Source: Perkinsus chesapeaki ATCC PRA-425
Lineage: Eukaryota; Protista; Perkinsozoa
Direction of reading: 5' to 3'
DNA: 64,000 bases
Assembly: GCA_013115145.1 (NCBI GenBank)
Contig: JAAPAO010000123.1
Span: 1 to 64,000 of the forward strand
Shown piece by piece: positions 26,701 to 40,252 of the stretch. The translations under genes and the position numbers were made by a program. The notes beneath the pieces are model-generated. The model did no database searches, was not told the origin of the DNA, and worked only from the letters and a program-made list of their open reading frames with translations. Positions within the stretch are counted from its first letter, which is position 1. Every line of letters begins with the position of its first letter.

Positions 26701-29700
26701 AAGTTCTCGGTTAACATCGGCTGGCCCGATGCTAAAAGGCCCTACTTCTCGACGGGCTCTTCCTTCGGTGAATGGACAGCATTGAACCGTTTCATTACTA
26801 AGGAGGAGATAAAAGCCACCTCGGAGAAGCACGACTTGAAGGTGTGCTGGTCTTATGGCGGCAACGGCAATTACGTTGCCGAGGCCGGCCGCATATCCTT
26901 CATAGACCCCTTCCCCATGGCGGGCACATCTGTGTCCCTCTCCACTACTGCCGTTGGTGCACGGGCCCCGGGAGTGATATCTTTCAAGACTGCAGGAGCT
27001 GCAATCGGCAAACTGTACACTCAGTCGACAGAGCTCACTCAGCTGAAGATCATATTCTTGGACACGGGCTTCCTAGAAGCATATTATTCGGGGACAGAGA
27101 GCCCTGAAATTGACGATAACAATACAAGTGAAGATGAGCTCGAGGAAGCCAGGCAGTACGTCTGCGGGAAGTTGTTCAAAGAGCTTTGGAGCGACGATAC
27201 AGAGAATGGCTTCCCCGTTCCTAAGGGCTGCTATTATCGCTCGTACGATTCTTACAGAGAGTTCTTCATCGTATTTGACCGCCTTAATGGCTTGAAGCCA
27301 GACACTAACTACAAGATAGTAATGAACATGGCTGGCTTCGAAGGCCAGTCCACCGATGAGGAGTATGTTCGCATCATCTCTATGGTAGCTCTTGAAAGTG
27401 CCCCCTACACGGCCTTGGAAATAGGGCGTCCTTTGCTCACCCGACTTGTTGTTCCCGCTGGCGGTGTAACGGATCCTCACTTTTTGGTGCCCGGTGGTTT
27501 ATCTATCTCTGGTGGTGACAACCAGGTTAGAGAACTGACCACAGGTTCGACTCTGGGCGGTGACGATTCTCAGCTCACTCTCCTTATCAAAGGACCAGCT
27601 AATGAGCTTTCGGCCATCACTGGTGGACATATACTGCGGATCTATTTGTGGCCGCTGCTCCAATGGGACATGGAAACAGAGCCGATGGCAGTGTGCACGC
27701 CAGTGAGCTCGCAGCACACCTGTGGCACCATCGATGAAGTGAAGACAGAGGCTGTCGTGCCGAATGGGTATAACAACATTCTCAGGCTTAGCTTCCCTGC
27801 CGACATGACTCCTTTGTTTGGCGGTAGAGCTCACGCGATAAAGCTCTCCAACTTGGACCTCCCGACCGGTGGATTCTTCCCTGATCGACTGGCTGCCCAG
27901 ATCACAACATCGACAGATAAGAGCCCATCCTATATCATGTCAAGTGGCGATTACATATGGAAGAAGCCTGATGCAGGATACACAGTTGGGAAGGTAAGGC
28001 GAACACTGGGCTCTTAAGAACTGCTGCTTCCTTATAACTGCGTTTAGATACTCGCTAACGATGGCGACCCAAAGCCATTTCAATCGGACCTCGGCAACAT
28101 CCTCTACGTTAAGCTCAATCTCGGCGCGACTTTATTCGCCGGCGGTGGTGCGGCCACGAGCGCTAGGCTTACATTACAGCTTCCGCAAGGGTACCAATGT
28201 GTACAAGCAGCTCCAGCTGAAGACAACCTGTCCTTGTTCGACACCAGAGTCCCCCATGGCAGGGGCACTGTAGAGAAGCCCGAAATGTGGTCGTTCGAGT
28301 CTAATAATGAATGCAGCTTTAGTCTCTCCGGATACGACGTTATATTCAGTGGCAGCAGTCTCATGGCTAGGATAACCGTTAATAACCCCTCATTCCCAAT
28401 AGGCCAAGCCAGCAGCTCTAATAGATGGCGCGTGAAGATAGCTTCTCGCGGGTATTACTCCCAAGCCAGCAATATGTACCCTGTCGAAGGCAGTGTATTC
28501 ACCTCATCAGAGCCGGAATACTTCTACGGCAGCAGATCGGTGCTGGGCAAACTCAGTACAGCTGTTATCGTTCCTGGTGATTTCGCGCTCTCTACCGCTA
28601 CGACCCTCCACCGTCACTGGATAAGCGTTTGGTTCCACACGCAACAGTCAGCTGGCCAAAACGGCTACGTTCTAATTCACGCGCCCCGGCATTTCGACTT
28701 TGGCAAAGCATGCAGAGTTGAGGACTTAGATGGGCAGTATTACATCAGCGGTGGAGAAGTGACGGCCTCAAGGCTTCCAACAGTACTCAGCTGCGAAGGT
28801 CTGGCGGAGGCAACAGACCGGCCCAACTTGCAGGGCAATGGTCCAAGTACAGAACCGTCGGCGAGGTGACCACAGTCGAAGTGTGCACCGGGTACGTCAA
28901 GTGTTTAGATACCACCAAGCTCTGATAAAGAACCAGCGCTTACTTAAGGAAGATTCCCTGTATGGGTTCACAATAAGGATAGTCAATCCATTGGTCGAGA
29001 ACATGAACTCTGCCGATGACAACTCCTGGCGGATATGGACTCTTAACAGCAAATTACAGTAGGAGCCCATTAGGGATCGGCGCTGAATTGCCCCCCCCAG
29101 GTATGTAGACGGCACTCCGAATACCGTGCCCCTGATACCACAGTCTCCCAACTCTTGGAAGCCATACCAGAACACACTCAGCACGCCTGCTGAGCCCCAA
29201 CGGGACGGTAGACCATTAAACGTTGCAGCTTTAACGACTGCATTTTTCACTTTCAGGTACCTTCCATATTTCAGCCCACCTTAGCTCTTCAATTCCCTAT
29301 CGGCAGAGCCTTCAGCTATCTACCCTGGAGATATTCATTTGGCGTCTTCCTTGGTCAACCAACAGTGCGCCACAAGCCCGTGCATGCATGTGTGCAGACG
29401 TCTTCGTTTAGGTACTTTCCGTGCAGCCCTGCCTGACGGATGGCAATGGGTCATTCGCTCCGTCGAGGACTTCGTTGCCTGCCGAAACTGCACTCGAGGC
29501 GATCCTCTCGTTTATCACCAGCTCCGCAACATCACTACCGATTGGCCGGCTTTGGAGTTGCCCGTCAACGTTTCCTCGGTGAAGCTGCCATGGTAGCTCT
29601 TGTTCTCTATATCCTTTGCAGGTTCTGTCCTGGGGAGCCCGACGCATGTACTTCAACGCGTCGGAAATTTACGGCTTCCGTGCCCCTGTGATGGTACCTC

Positions 29701-32700
29701 TTTTCCCGCCCACCGCTTCAGCGAGGAATCTTATCATCGAATTTGGATACGACGAGGTGCAGCAGCTCCGAGGCTAGAGGATCTTATTGACACTTGTCTT
29801 CAGGCGGAGGCTTCGGACCGGCCATTCGCAGCATTGCTGCCACTCGGGACAATTACTTCCCTCGGGGACGCCACCGTAAGGGCGAGGCTTCCTCTCGGTG
29901 CATGAGGAAGAACACGCTTCAGGTATCTTCAAGCAGCGGTGTCATTGGGAAGCAAATTGAGGTCGTGTTTACGGTACAGACGGCCAGTACGATCCTTTCC
30001 AACACTGACAAGCTGGTCATCACCTTCCCTGAGGGTTATGAGATGCCGTCAGCATGCCTTTTATCTTCATCAACACCACCATCTAGGCTTCTAGCGGCGC
30101 AGCTAGAGACAGCTCCCCAGACCATGAACGAATGGACATTGCCACACCTTTCAACGACAACTGCCGATGGTTCAGCTTCATCGGGTACCTCGAGCGGTGC
30201 CACGACGGGCTTGGCACTGCCCGCTGGGGTGGAGTGTGCATGGGACTCTTCGCACCACACTGTCAGTCTTCGACCCACTACTGTTGACATCTCTCCAGGA
30301 TTGTATCAGTTTGAGCTGGTGAGGGTCGTGAACCCTAGCGACGTTCGGGAAGTGGTGGTTGATGCTACCTCCCCCTGCGGTATGTCTTCCTGCTTCAAGC
30401 TAGAGTCATTCCGCGGCGACTTCACCCTAGACTCGCCCACGTACTATCCAGCGCAGGCTCTCAGCATGAAGATGGATGCGGCCAGCCTGGCGCCTATCAC
30501 AGATGCTCAACGAACAGCCAGTGGACGCAACGATCGCCCTGGCAAGGAGAACAATGTGGTGCTCCAATTCAGACTACCAACTGACAAAAAATCTGGCGAC
30601 TCGACCTTGCTATTAACCGGCCCCCAGTCCTTGGTCTTTGCCGAGGACTGCCTGGTCGGATTAGAGACCAGACCGGATAAGGTTTTCGGAGAGGGACAGC
30701 CACTCCCTCGGCAGTACACCAACTGGCCAGCGTCAGCCGAGATACGATCCTGTTCTGGCGGCCAAAACGTCGCTCGCATGATCGTGTCTGCGGGGCTCGA
30801 GAAGGAGAATCTTTACGCCTTCAGAGTGCGAATCCAAAGCAACCCTCTGGAGGAGCCTACTAATAACGTGTGGACTATCGCTCTTGGTGGAGAGAGCAGC
30901 GAACCCTTCCTCGGGTTCAAACTATGGTCCTTCCAGCCCGCTGAGGTCGTGCCCGTTAGCGTAGCCAAGAATATGCTCCGTGAGCAAGCGACGCAATTGG
31001 GCGTGCCTTTCCTGTTGGTGAAGAATCCGGTATCGATATCCTTCACCACGCACAACCGGGTGGACCGAGACAGTCCGATCCGAGGCGGAGGGGCTGTCAT
31101 CATGCTCACTGCTCCATCTGACTTCGCTTTCGTCACTCGCACGGATATTCCGCGCAGTCGAGAGTGCGACGGAGTAACCCTCGAGGAGCTAGCTGGTGAT
31201 GACCCGGAGACTGAACCAGCCTCGGAGTTCCGGTAGGGCCTAAAAGGTCCTTATATAGTCCCCAAATCATCCATCGTCAGGTCTTCTGACTACTCCTGCA
31301 TCATCTCCGATCCAAACCCTGATACGGCATCGACAAGCTTTGCCAAGTAAGACTTTGAGACTATCAATCAGCGGAGAATCTTGCTGATATCAGATACCAT
31401 CGCCTCACCATGACCTTCCTCAGCGACAAACCATTGCTGCCAAGGCGTCGGTATCGTCTCACAGTCCTAGTCAATAATCCAGATGTTATCGTTGATACAT
31501 CAAAAGGAGACTGGCTACTCCAGAGCTTCAGGAATGCTCTTGACGTGTAGGAACCACACGCACAGACTTAGTCGCAGTCGCTGCCATCTTAGGGAGGATC
31601 CTGCGATATCCGCACTGGATGAAACATCTATTCGAGGCTTCACTGTCAGCAATGTCCTCAGCGAGTTCGTCGTTAGGAATTTCGATTCGGCTATTGGGCT
31701 GCCGATTGTAGCCGGCAAGACCGAGGTGAGCTGTGTCTCAGCTCAGACGTGGTTGACTGCATTGCGCGACTGCTCAGATACCAGCGTTGTACATGTCGGT
31801 TAAGTTCTCGGCCAGGTTGGATCTAGGGGATATCTTCTTAATTGAAGCTCCGGAAGGCTTTGAGTTCGGCGCCGACGGTGACGTTTGCCGTGGATTCACT
31901 TGGATCACTACGCAAGGAAAGTGAGCATCGTCTACTCTCAATGGAAGGTTGTCCGCCCTCCTCCGAGCCTCACAACCCTCTGCAGTTACCTCCCGAACTC
32001 CCTTCCCACTTGCAGCGGTAGGATAATGCACCTTATCGTGGATGAGCCCACAGCTTATCCGTCTGGCCATGTAAGGAGCGCCCCCTCGCCCCCTGTATTT
32101 TCGTACACTTTTAGACTATCGAATGGACGATCTCTACCATTAATCCACCCGAGACGCCTTTGCTCATTCACAACTATTGGAAGGCCGCTCACTTCCGTCG
32201 TTCCTCGCAAAATGCTGCAGTACGACGCCTGCTTGGTGGCCGTCTTAACCCAACACCTCAGGTATCGGTTATAGCGAGCGCCGTGCATGTATCTTGGACT
32301 GTGGTACCTCAACTGGAGAACTGCTCAGTGGAGCTCACAGGGCAGATGCTTGCTGCCACCAGAACATCGGACATCGAGGTCGGTATGCCATCCCTTTGAT
32401 AGGAATCTTTCCGTTTCAGATATCCTTCACAGCCGTCTCGGCAGCGGATAAATTGGTGGTGAGGGCACTACAGCCGCCGGGCTTTGACTTTGCCTCTGCG
32501 GTGGTGCTCTCAAGTGGGCATGAAATTCTAGAGTCGACCGGCAATACTGTCAGTCTCCGCGTCGTGATCAGAGCTTGGGAGAGGAGCAAAGTCAGGCTTG
32601 GAAAGGTGCGCTGGTAGACCCCTGTAGGAGCATAATGGTGGACTTAGGTTCGACTGGGCGAAGGTGGCGGTATGACAGAGTTTGAGATAACTACGTTTTT

Positions 32701-35700
32701 AATAGACGAGAAGAAGGACCAGAAGTCCGCCTACAAAGAGGGTTTTAAGCAGCCTGGTGAAGCTAGACTTGTGCACCTCAATTTCCATCTGTCTGGTTAG
32801 GACTGCTAACCGTCCCCCAGGCTAGCTTATCATCATCCTTCAACTCGGATCCCCTAGCCCATCCTGTATCATCACAGTGGGGAGTCCAGCTCTCTACCCT
32901 CGATGTCGTGGTGGAGGCCACAGCTGTCCTCCGCAGTACCATGACAAGGTATCTATGCTCTACTCATTGAGCGCCTAATGACACCAACCCTCAGGACGGC
33001 CCTAGCCGGTCAAGTGCTGTACATCAATGCGAAGTCCTTTGCTGTTAACGGCGAGGGGTTCAGCGTGAGAGATGAGATTAATAATCACACTCTAGAGGTA
33101 GCTCATGAGATCTGGACGCCATCTAAGCATCTTACTCGCAGATCTCCAACCTCACAGTGTCCGACGACTCTTTATGGTGCATTCTAATGGATCCGCTCCA
33201 AGCTGGGCACGTCTACGACATATCGATCAATGTCCAGACGCCAGTGGATCGGCGCCGTATCTACCCGGAGCTCTTCGCTCTCTCGGCTAAGCAGCTCATC
33301 GCTCTTTCGCCCGAAAGTAAGACAGTTCTCTAGTCCACGATGTGCTGACTCTGCTTGTTAGCTCTGGCGAAGATGACAATAGATTCAAAGTGGCTGTTGG
33401 AAACTAGACTACTCGAAGAAGATATTGCCTCCACCACCACAACGAGGCGTCTGCCAACTAACACCAATGACCGGTGAGAAGTCTCCCTAGCGTTGTTGAG
33501 TTCACCACTGCATCAGGTACATGCGGTCACCGGACGAACCCGAGAGTGCAGATAACTCATGGTTCGACATGGTGGCTCAGTTAGACTTCGAGGTTGTGCC
33601 AGCGTCCTGTCTCCTTTGTCCTCGGCAGCATCCGCCCGGCGCGTACATAAGGGTAAGTGCATTGTTGGCTCCTGTCTTACACATTACCATCAGGTATCGC
33701 TCGTGCTTGATCCTCAAGGGTCCAAGCCAGATATCCTATACCTTGTGGCTCCACCTGACTTCACTTTTGCCACTCCAGACTGCTTACATCAATACCGAGG
33801 GACAGATATTCGAGGGTGCCGCCCAACCACTCTCGATCTTCCCGATGGGACTCAACGACAGGTAACTCAGCGAAGCCCGCCCACAGCACCTGTTGTCGTA
33901 CTGTAAGCTATTCCACTTCACTGTTGTAATGGATGACGGTAGACTGCCTATAGACTCTATGTAAACCCTAAATGGTGTCCACCCGAGGGTGATTAGTTGG
34001 GGGCACCAAAGGCCCAACATGGGGAGGTCTTTTAGTCTGTTAGTGTTTCAAAGGGTCGACCACGTTCCCTCGAAATCGACGTGCATCTGGCGTCTGGCTG
34101 ACCCCGGCGATAGCACTTGTGGCACTCAGCTTTCTGTTAGGCGGCAGTCCTTCTCGCTCGTCTAGGAGGCCTACAGTCTTCCCCGCAAAGCTTGAAGCTT
34201 TCTGTGCTGACGCCGAAGCAGAGTCCAAATGCGACTGAATGGTAGTAGCTTCATCACATTGCGTCGTACTGGATTCGTACTCAGGTATATACGAGCAATC
34301 AAGTTCAAGAATGACCCAGCACCCGCACTGAGTAAAATCTAGTCTCGAGTGTTTGCCCTCGAAGATGTGGTTAGTTTCCTCCTGTCAGGCTCCATAGACA
34401 ACTTCGTGTACAATCCAGAAGAGCATATAGAAGTCGGCTGGTCTGAACACGAAGGCTTTGAAGTCAGGTAAGTGTTCTAGTTTAACTTGCAGCAAAATTG
34501 CCGTGCCTCCTTCATTCAGGCAAATGGAGGATTCTCGTGTCCTTTATGGTGCGTTACCCAGCGATCAATACAATGACATTAAGTTGCTTATGGCCGTGGG
34601 TTTCACCACCAAGCAAACGTAAGAGCGACTCACCTCCAAAAGGGGTTACATTTGTTATGGTCAGATTCGATCTAGCTGGGGGGGTTGTGAGAATCATTCT
34701 CCCGGACGACTTCAATATATTCTGCGACACCCTCGAGGTCTACTATCTCCCCGTTTCCACAAGCACCACGGATAAGTCCGTCCGAGCTTAAGAAATTCAG
34801 CTCAGATCTGAGCCCTTTGCAGGTGTAGCGTCACCCGGCCCACGGGAACTAGCAGGCCGGTTGTCGAGTTGCGACTGGTCGATCTACTAACGCCTCGAGG
34901 TCTGCATTTGAACCCTCGGACTCTGTGGGCAAATTGAGTCCCTCTTCAGATTACGGCTTCTCGATACTCGTGAACACTCCTCAAGTAACAGCTAGTCCAA
35001 ACGACTTCACTATAGTCCTCGAAGACCAAAGTGGCAACGTGCAGGATGCAGCGATGACGATACCTGGTAGGATGGGTAATCCTTATGTCTTCTGTAGAGT
35101 TGTGCGCCGCTAGGTTTCACGGTCGAGTACGGAACACCGATAAGTGCGTCACATCGTGTCACGTTCCAGCAAGACTCACTGTCGTCCAAAGACCCAGAGG
35201 AAGCGACAGTCGCAAAACCTTCCCCAGCGGCGGGCAGCACAGTGATGCTACAAGTAAGCTTCTAGCTAAGATACACTTCCTGGCACTCACTGCTATTTCA
35301 GGACGTTGTAGACTATCGAGTGACCCTGAGGTTCAACGTCATTAAGGTTTTCCCCACAGATGGCGGTGTGCACAGGATACGAATAGAGTACTTTTGTTCA
35401 TACTTCCTCTCTTCCTCGGATTTCTTGCTCGCTTAGGTACCCGATTGGAGTAATACACAACAAGGTTCAACAAGATAATATAAATGCATCATTTGGAGCG
35501 CAGATAAGCGGCCAACTTCGAACAGTAAGTCCCTTGCCGCACGCTGGTGTTAGACGAGTTTCCAGGCCACCGAAAAGGTGGAACTAGATGGAACGAACGC
35601 CATTGTATTGTTCACGAAGAAAGGATCCCAACGTCTCCCAGTGGGGCAGCATTCTATCAACGGTGAGCTCTCCTCCAGTACTGGCCGAATGACATGTGCC

Positions 35701-36054
35701 CTTAGTCCCTGTTACGCTGCCGGATTCACAACCAGATGCACCCGCATTCAACTTCTATCATTTGACGTTCTGTCGGGCGACTGGGAACTGCACGGCAGGG
35801 TAGTTGCCAATGTGAAGCGAGCTAAGTGACTGTCTTCACGTTTTCAGTGCAACTTCCGGAGTCTTACTGACTTTCCCACTTCACGGCTTCAGCCTAGGGG
35901 ATCCCGCAACCGATGGTGAGGAAATAGGGAGCGTTATTAGTGGTATTGGCCCGAGTCAGGTACCGATGCAAACATTGCAACATTCTCTGCGAGCCTATCA
36001 CTAGTGTGTCAAGTATTTGTATTCGCCTTCGCCATGATCATTTTATTAGTCTAG
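23797..36054 (+). CDS. Giant secreted surface protein with a probable GPI anchor and repeated beta-rich modules
   Basis: Signal-like N-terminus MMPASS...AVAFMAATLYFHTSTAA; large exons 25150-27990 and 29794-31232; the last intron gives ...GDPATD|GTDANIATFSASLSLVCQVFVFAFAMIILLV* (stop 36052-36054). Not every junction was traced. Confidence 0.7.
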
Positions 36055-36432
36055 TAGCATTACCCAAATGGGGTAACCGTTGTTATATCTCCGTCATGAG
36101 TTGCGTAACAGTACGAAGTCAGGTTTCCTCGGAGTCTCGAAGCTGATATGAGCCTCAGTGTGTAAACCCGTAGTAAACACCGCAAGCTCCTCAGTTATTG
36201 CAGAGGCACACCTTCACAACTTTCCATTGGAGAAGGACTCCAATCAGGAACCTCGCTCGCCCAGGGGCACGCTCACACAAGGTGAAACAAGCCCTCCCCG
36301 CACCTCGCTTATTTACTCTACGCACAACAAGTGGTGGTCCGCATTAACGCTACAGAGGGCAGTGCTTTGTAACGAGAAACTACTACATAACACATAAACA
36401 AGTCAATAGTACTAAGCTGTACATACCAGCGC

Positions 36433-39400
36433 TCATAGAGCGTCTGAATTCACATACGAGTCAACAACAGTAGGAATAACGAATGGGTTGGACAAGGAAC
36501 TTAACACACTGGAGAGGAATAGTGGACTACACGCGGTCTGCAGCAGGAAGAGGGCCGTTGACGTGGGAACAGTCAGTTCAGATCTCACCGGCGATTTCGC
36601 ATATATTCGGTCATCGGCAGATGCCGATGGGTCAGTGGTGTGCGGTGTTATGGCCGCGTTGGACGACGCACCGCTCGGATGGGTACTCTTGATAGAATCC
36701 CGTTCTGTGACAGCCTCAGACGGAACCTCGGTTTCACCGGGCTTCTCGCTGGAGACGATGCTCGGTAGTGGGCCGTCTGATACAGGCGCTGCAACTTCCT
36801 TTGTTTCCTCGTCACAGTGAGTTGGAGTCATCTCGCTACCGACCCACTCGGAAGGCGTCACATCCTCCTCACTTTCTCCAGCGGGCATGGAGTACTCGGC
36901 TTGGAATACCGAGGTATCCTTAACAGCACCACCATCCTCTTGCTCGACAAAGGTATCCTTAACAGCACCACCCTCCTCTTGGTCGACCGAGGTATCCTTA
37001 ACAGCACCACCATCCTCTTGCTCGACAAAGGTATCCTTAACAGCACCACCCTCCTCTTGCNNNNNNNNNNNNNNNNNNNNNNNNNNNNNNNNNNNNNNNN
37101 NNNNNNNNNNNNNNNNNNNNNNNNNNNNNNNNNNNNNNNNNNNNNNNNNNNNNNNNNNGGTCGACCGAGGTATCCTTAACAGCACCACCCTCCTCTTGGT
37201 CGACCGAGGTATCCTTCACAGCACCACCCTCCTCTTGGTCGACCGAGGTATCCTTAACAGCACCACCATCCTCTTGCTCGACCAAGGTACCCTTAACAGC
37301 ACCGGCTAAAGCGTCGACGGAAGTATCAATCGTATCTCCTGGTTCTCTTTGTGTGTCAGTGAGAGTCTGTGACTCATCTATATGCTCGGCTGTAGCGCTC
37401 TCGTGTGGTAGCCCAACTACGTCCATATCAGATGTTACCAATTCTCTGTCCTCCACAGGGGAAGCCGTGAAGAGACTATCGTCACTAGTTGGTTCGACGT
37501 AGAACCCAGTGGAGCTCATACTGTCGTCGGTGGGAGCCAGGAGGTGCGCTACAGGTACATCCTCGCCTGCATCCTGCCGCGGTACTTCGCCAATAAGCAG
37601 CACTCCCTGTGGCATATCTAGATCGACGCCGGTAGTTTCGTACGACTGGAAAGAGGCTCCCCTCGCTTCGTTGTGTAGTGTTGCTTCAATTGAAGAACCC
37701 CCCGCTGTATCACTCCGTATTTTATCCCTCGACGTGTCCACCACCGTGGAATCTTCTTCATTCGCCGGCTGTTCTAAGGCGCTCTCCGATTCTCTCCCAG
37801 TGGTGTCCCTATCTTCAGCGACCTCTTGACTTTCGCCAGAAAGATGCCGTAAAGCCTTGCTAAAGAGGAATCTTTCCGAGTCATCATCCAGCTTTGATCG
37901 TCGCAGCCTCCACCGAGCAACTATCTCCTCTTTCATCGCCCTGGCCCGCTCGCGATACTTCTGATAGTTCTCGTTGAGCCATTCTCCCGTTGCGATCATA
38001 TTGTCCCGCAATTTGCCGTAGCTATCCGGTTCGTCGGAAACTTCAGCAATCCCCAAGTCCAGCGGCTCCTCACTAACAATGTCCCCCGAGACTTTTTCTT
38101 CAGGAATGTCATCCGAGGGCGGAGCGACGCCAACCGACTCTGGCTCTCGTAAAATTTCGGCCTCCTTCTCGTCAACTGATGGTTGACCTTCAGAGACTCT
38201 GGGGAAAGTGACCTCTTCTTCGCTTGCCCGGATGGGCTCGGGCTCTCCCTGTGTAGCATCGGTGAGGATACCCTGTGCTTCCTCCGCTTCAGGAGCATCG
38301 ATAGTCCTCTCGGAGACTACAGGTTCTACTGTAGCGTTGGCTTGTTGAGTGGGTTCGGGCGCGCTAAGTACTTCCTCCTCTGGCTCTTCTTCGCATGCAT
38401 CTAAAGGCTCGGCCGCAGCAGGAAGCTCCTCTGTGGTTTGTGGCTCTTCGAGGGCCTCCTGAGATTTCTGCTCATCAGTCACGGCAGTCCTGGCACCGTT
38501 GCCGTTAACCGTCTCTGGGTGCTTGGCGAATGGGTTGAGACTCCGAGACACAACCTTCCAGGCGGAGTCGCTCAGCGCAGCCTGTAGCTGAACAACACAG
38601 AGGAATTATTTAACCTCGGTGAGGCCTTTGGGCTTCCGAGCTACCTCCTGATCAGCAGCGACCTCCGTGAGCCTCTCCTTCAACAGCTCTGATGTGGCTG
38701 GGTCATTTACAACACCTTGAGCCACCCGAGTGGCTACTTCCTGGACAGCGTCGTATACAGCTTCAGACCTGATTGGAGCAGAATTGTGTCGGCCAACTGT
38801 TAAGGTGTTGGCACCTGACGGTATCGGAAGCCGTCTGCGAGAGCTTCTCCTGGACATCAGGTCGCAGGACTAGTTCCCCGGTCCACTTGGCAGCCTGGTC
38901 CTGGACTACCTGCATGTAGATTGTCGACACCACAAGTGACGACACTTGTTGGATAACTGATAGCAGGAGTTATGAAGGGCCGCTAGATGATTCCCCTACT
39001 ATATGGGTCTTTGCACAAATTAGCCACCAGATCCTTAGCAGCCGATTGCACTGCATCCAGCCGAATGACCTTTGCCATAAGACCGCCAATATCGCCTGAG
39101 CTCAGCAGATGTAGAGTGCAGTTGAATAGAATGGCGAGGCGTACTCTGCCTGCTATTCAGCAGCTGCATGACCCAATCGCCGGCCACGCCCCTCAAGGAT
39201 TCGTCAGCTAATATTTGTTCAATCATCTTCCTAACAGTGGCCTGGCCCACGGGATGAGATGGAGTCAACGGCGCGATGAATCTTACTTCGGCCGCGTCCT
39301 GAAGATCCTTATTGCTAATCGTCTCTCGGACAACGCTCGCGCCTTGCGTACCAACCTGATGAAGTGGCGTAGAAGGGATAAACAACGCTGGAAAGTTCTA

Positions 39401-39809
39401 CAGTTGATGTTATCTTGTCCTTGTTCATCCATAGTGCAAATAGAGAGAACCCAACAAGTCCGGCTGCCAGCTGTAACCGCCGTGATCTAACCTAACACGC
39501 GGCATCAGCAGATAGTATGGATCCTCCGCGGTTTGATAGCGGTTATTAGAGCTTCCTGTTGATAGCGTTTAACCGAAGAGTCTAGAACAACAAAGCGCCA
39601 GCTCCTCTTACCCCAGCCATTTTAACTAGCTGATCCACCTTCGTTGCAACAGCTTCCCCATAAAACGAGTGCAAAGACGGTGTAGGATTGTGAGTCGCCG
39701 GGGGTACAGGATTCCTATAGAATCGTCTAGGCAACGAGCGCGACACTGAAGTGACAGGACGGAGATGAGCAACATGCCGCCGGAGGACAGGTGACGTCCG
39801 ACGAAGCAT
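36433..39809 (-). CDS. Predicted mitochondrial single-pass protein with a long acidic tail containing a 13-aa repeat
   Basis: Arg/Ser-rich presequence MLRRTSPVLRRHVAHLRPVTSVSRSLPRRFY, TM LAAGLVGFSLFALWM, helical exons, then the 504-aa acidic ORF at 37037-38551 continuing past the N gap. Confidence 0.65.
36890..37305. repeat. 39-bp coding minisatellite encoding (D/E)QE(E/D)GGAVKDT(S/F)V; N gap at 37061-37158
   Basis: Tandem units on both sides of the gap. Confidence 0.95.
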
Positions 39810-40252
39810 TAGTTAACGTAAATCAGTGAGGAACTATCAGTAACCCCAGTGGCGGTCACTCCGTTGCTTGAAGTACGCGCAGGCAGCTGATATGGTTGAT
39901 TCAGTTGGCTTATGCGGGCGGGGGCGATGGGATACTGCGGCTTGGTTTGCTCAGAGATGCTACCGTCCTTAGAACTAAGCCGAACTCAAGGCATTCAGTT
40001 TGTGGTGGTAAACGTTATGCGTTCGCCATGACCATTGAATGAGTACCGAGGTACATAGTGGTGTTTAGAAATATAATAGAAAGGCTGATGTCGGGCTCAC
40101 AAGTGAAAGAGTCCATAAAAGGAAGGATACAGAATTCCTGAAGTAACCAAAGTAATGAAATGTTATCACATAAACTAGTTCTGAACAAGCCTATGCGATC
40201 CTTGCTACGAAACTCCTCTCAATAGAGAGAGTAGATCATAGCAGTCGCTGGC

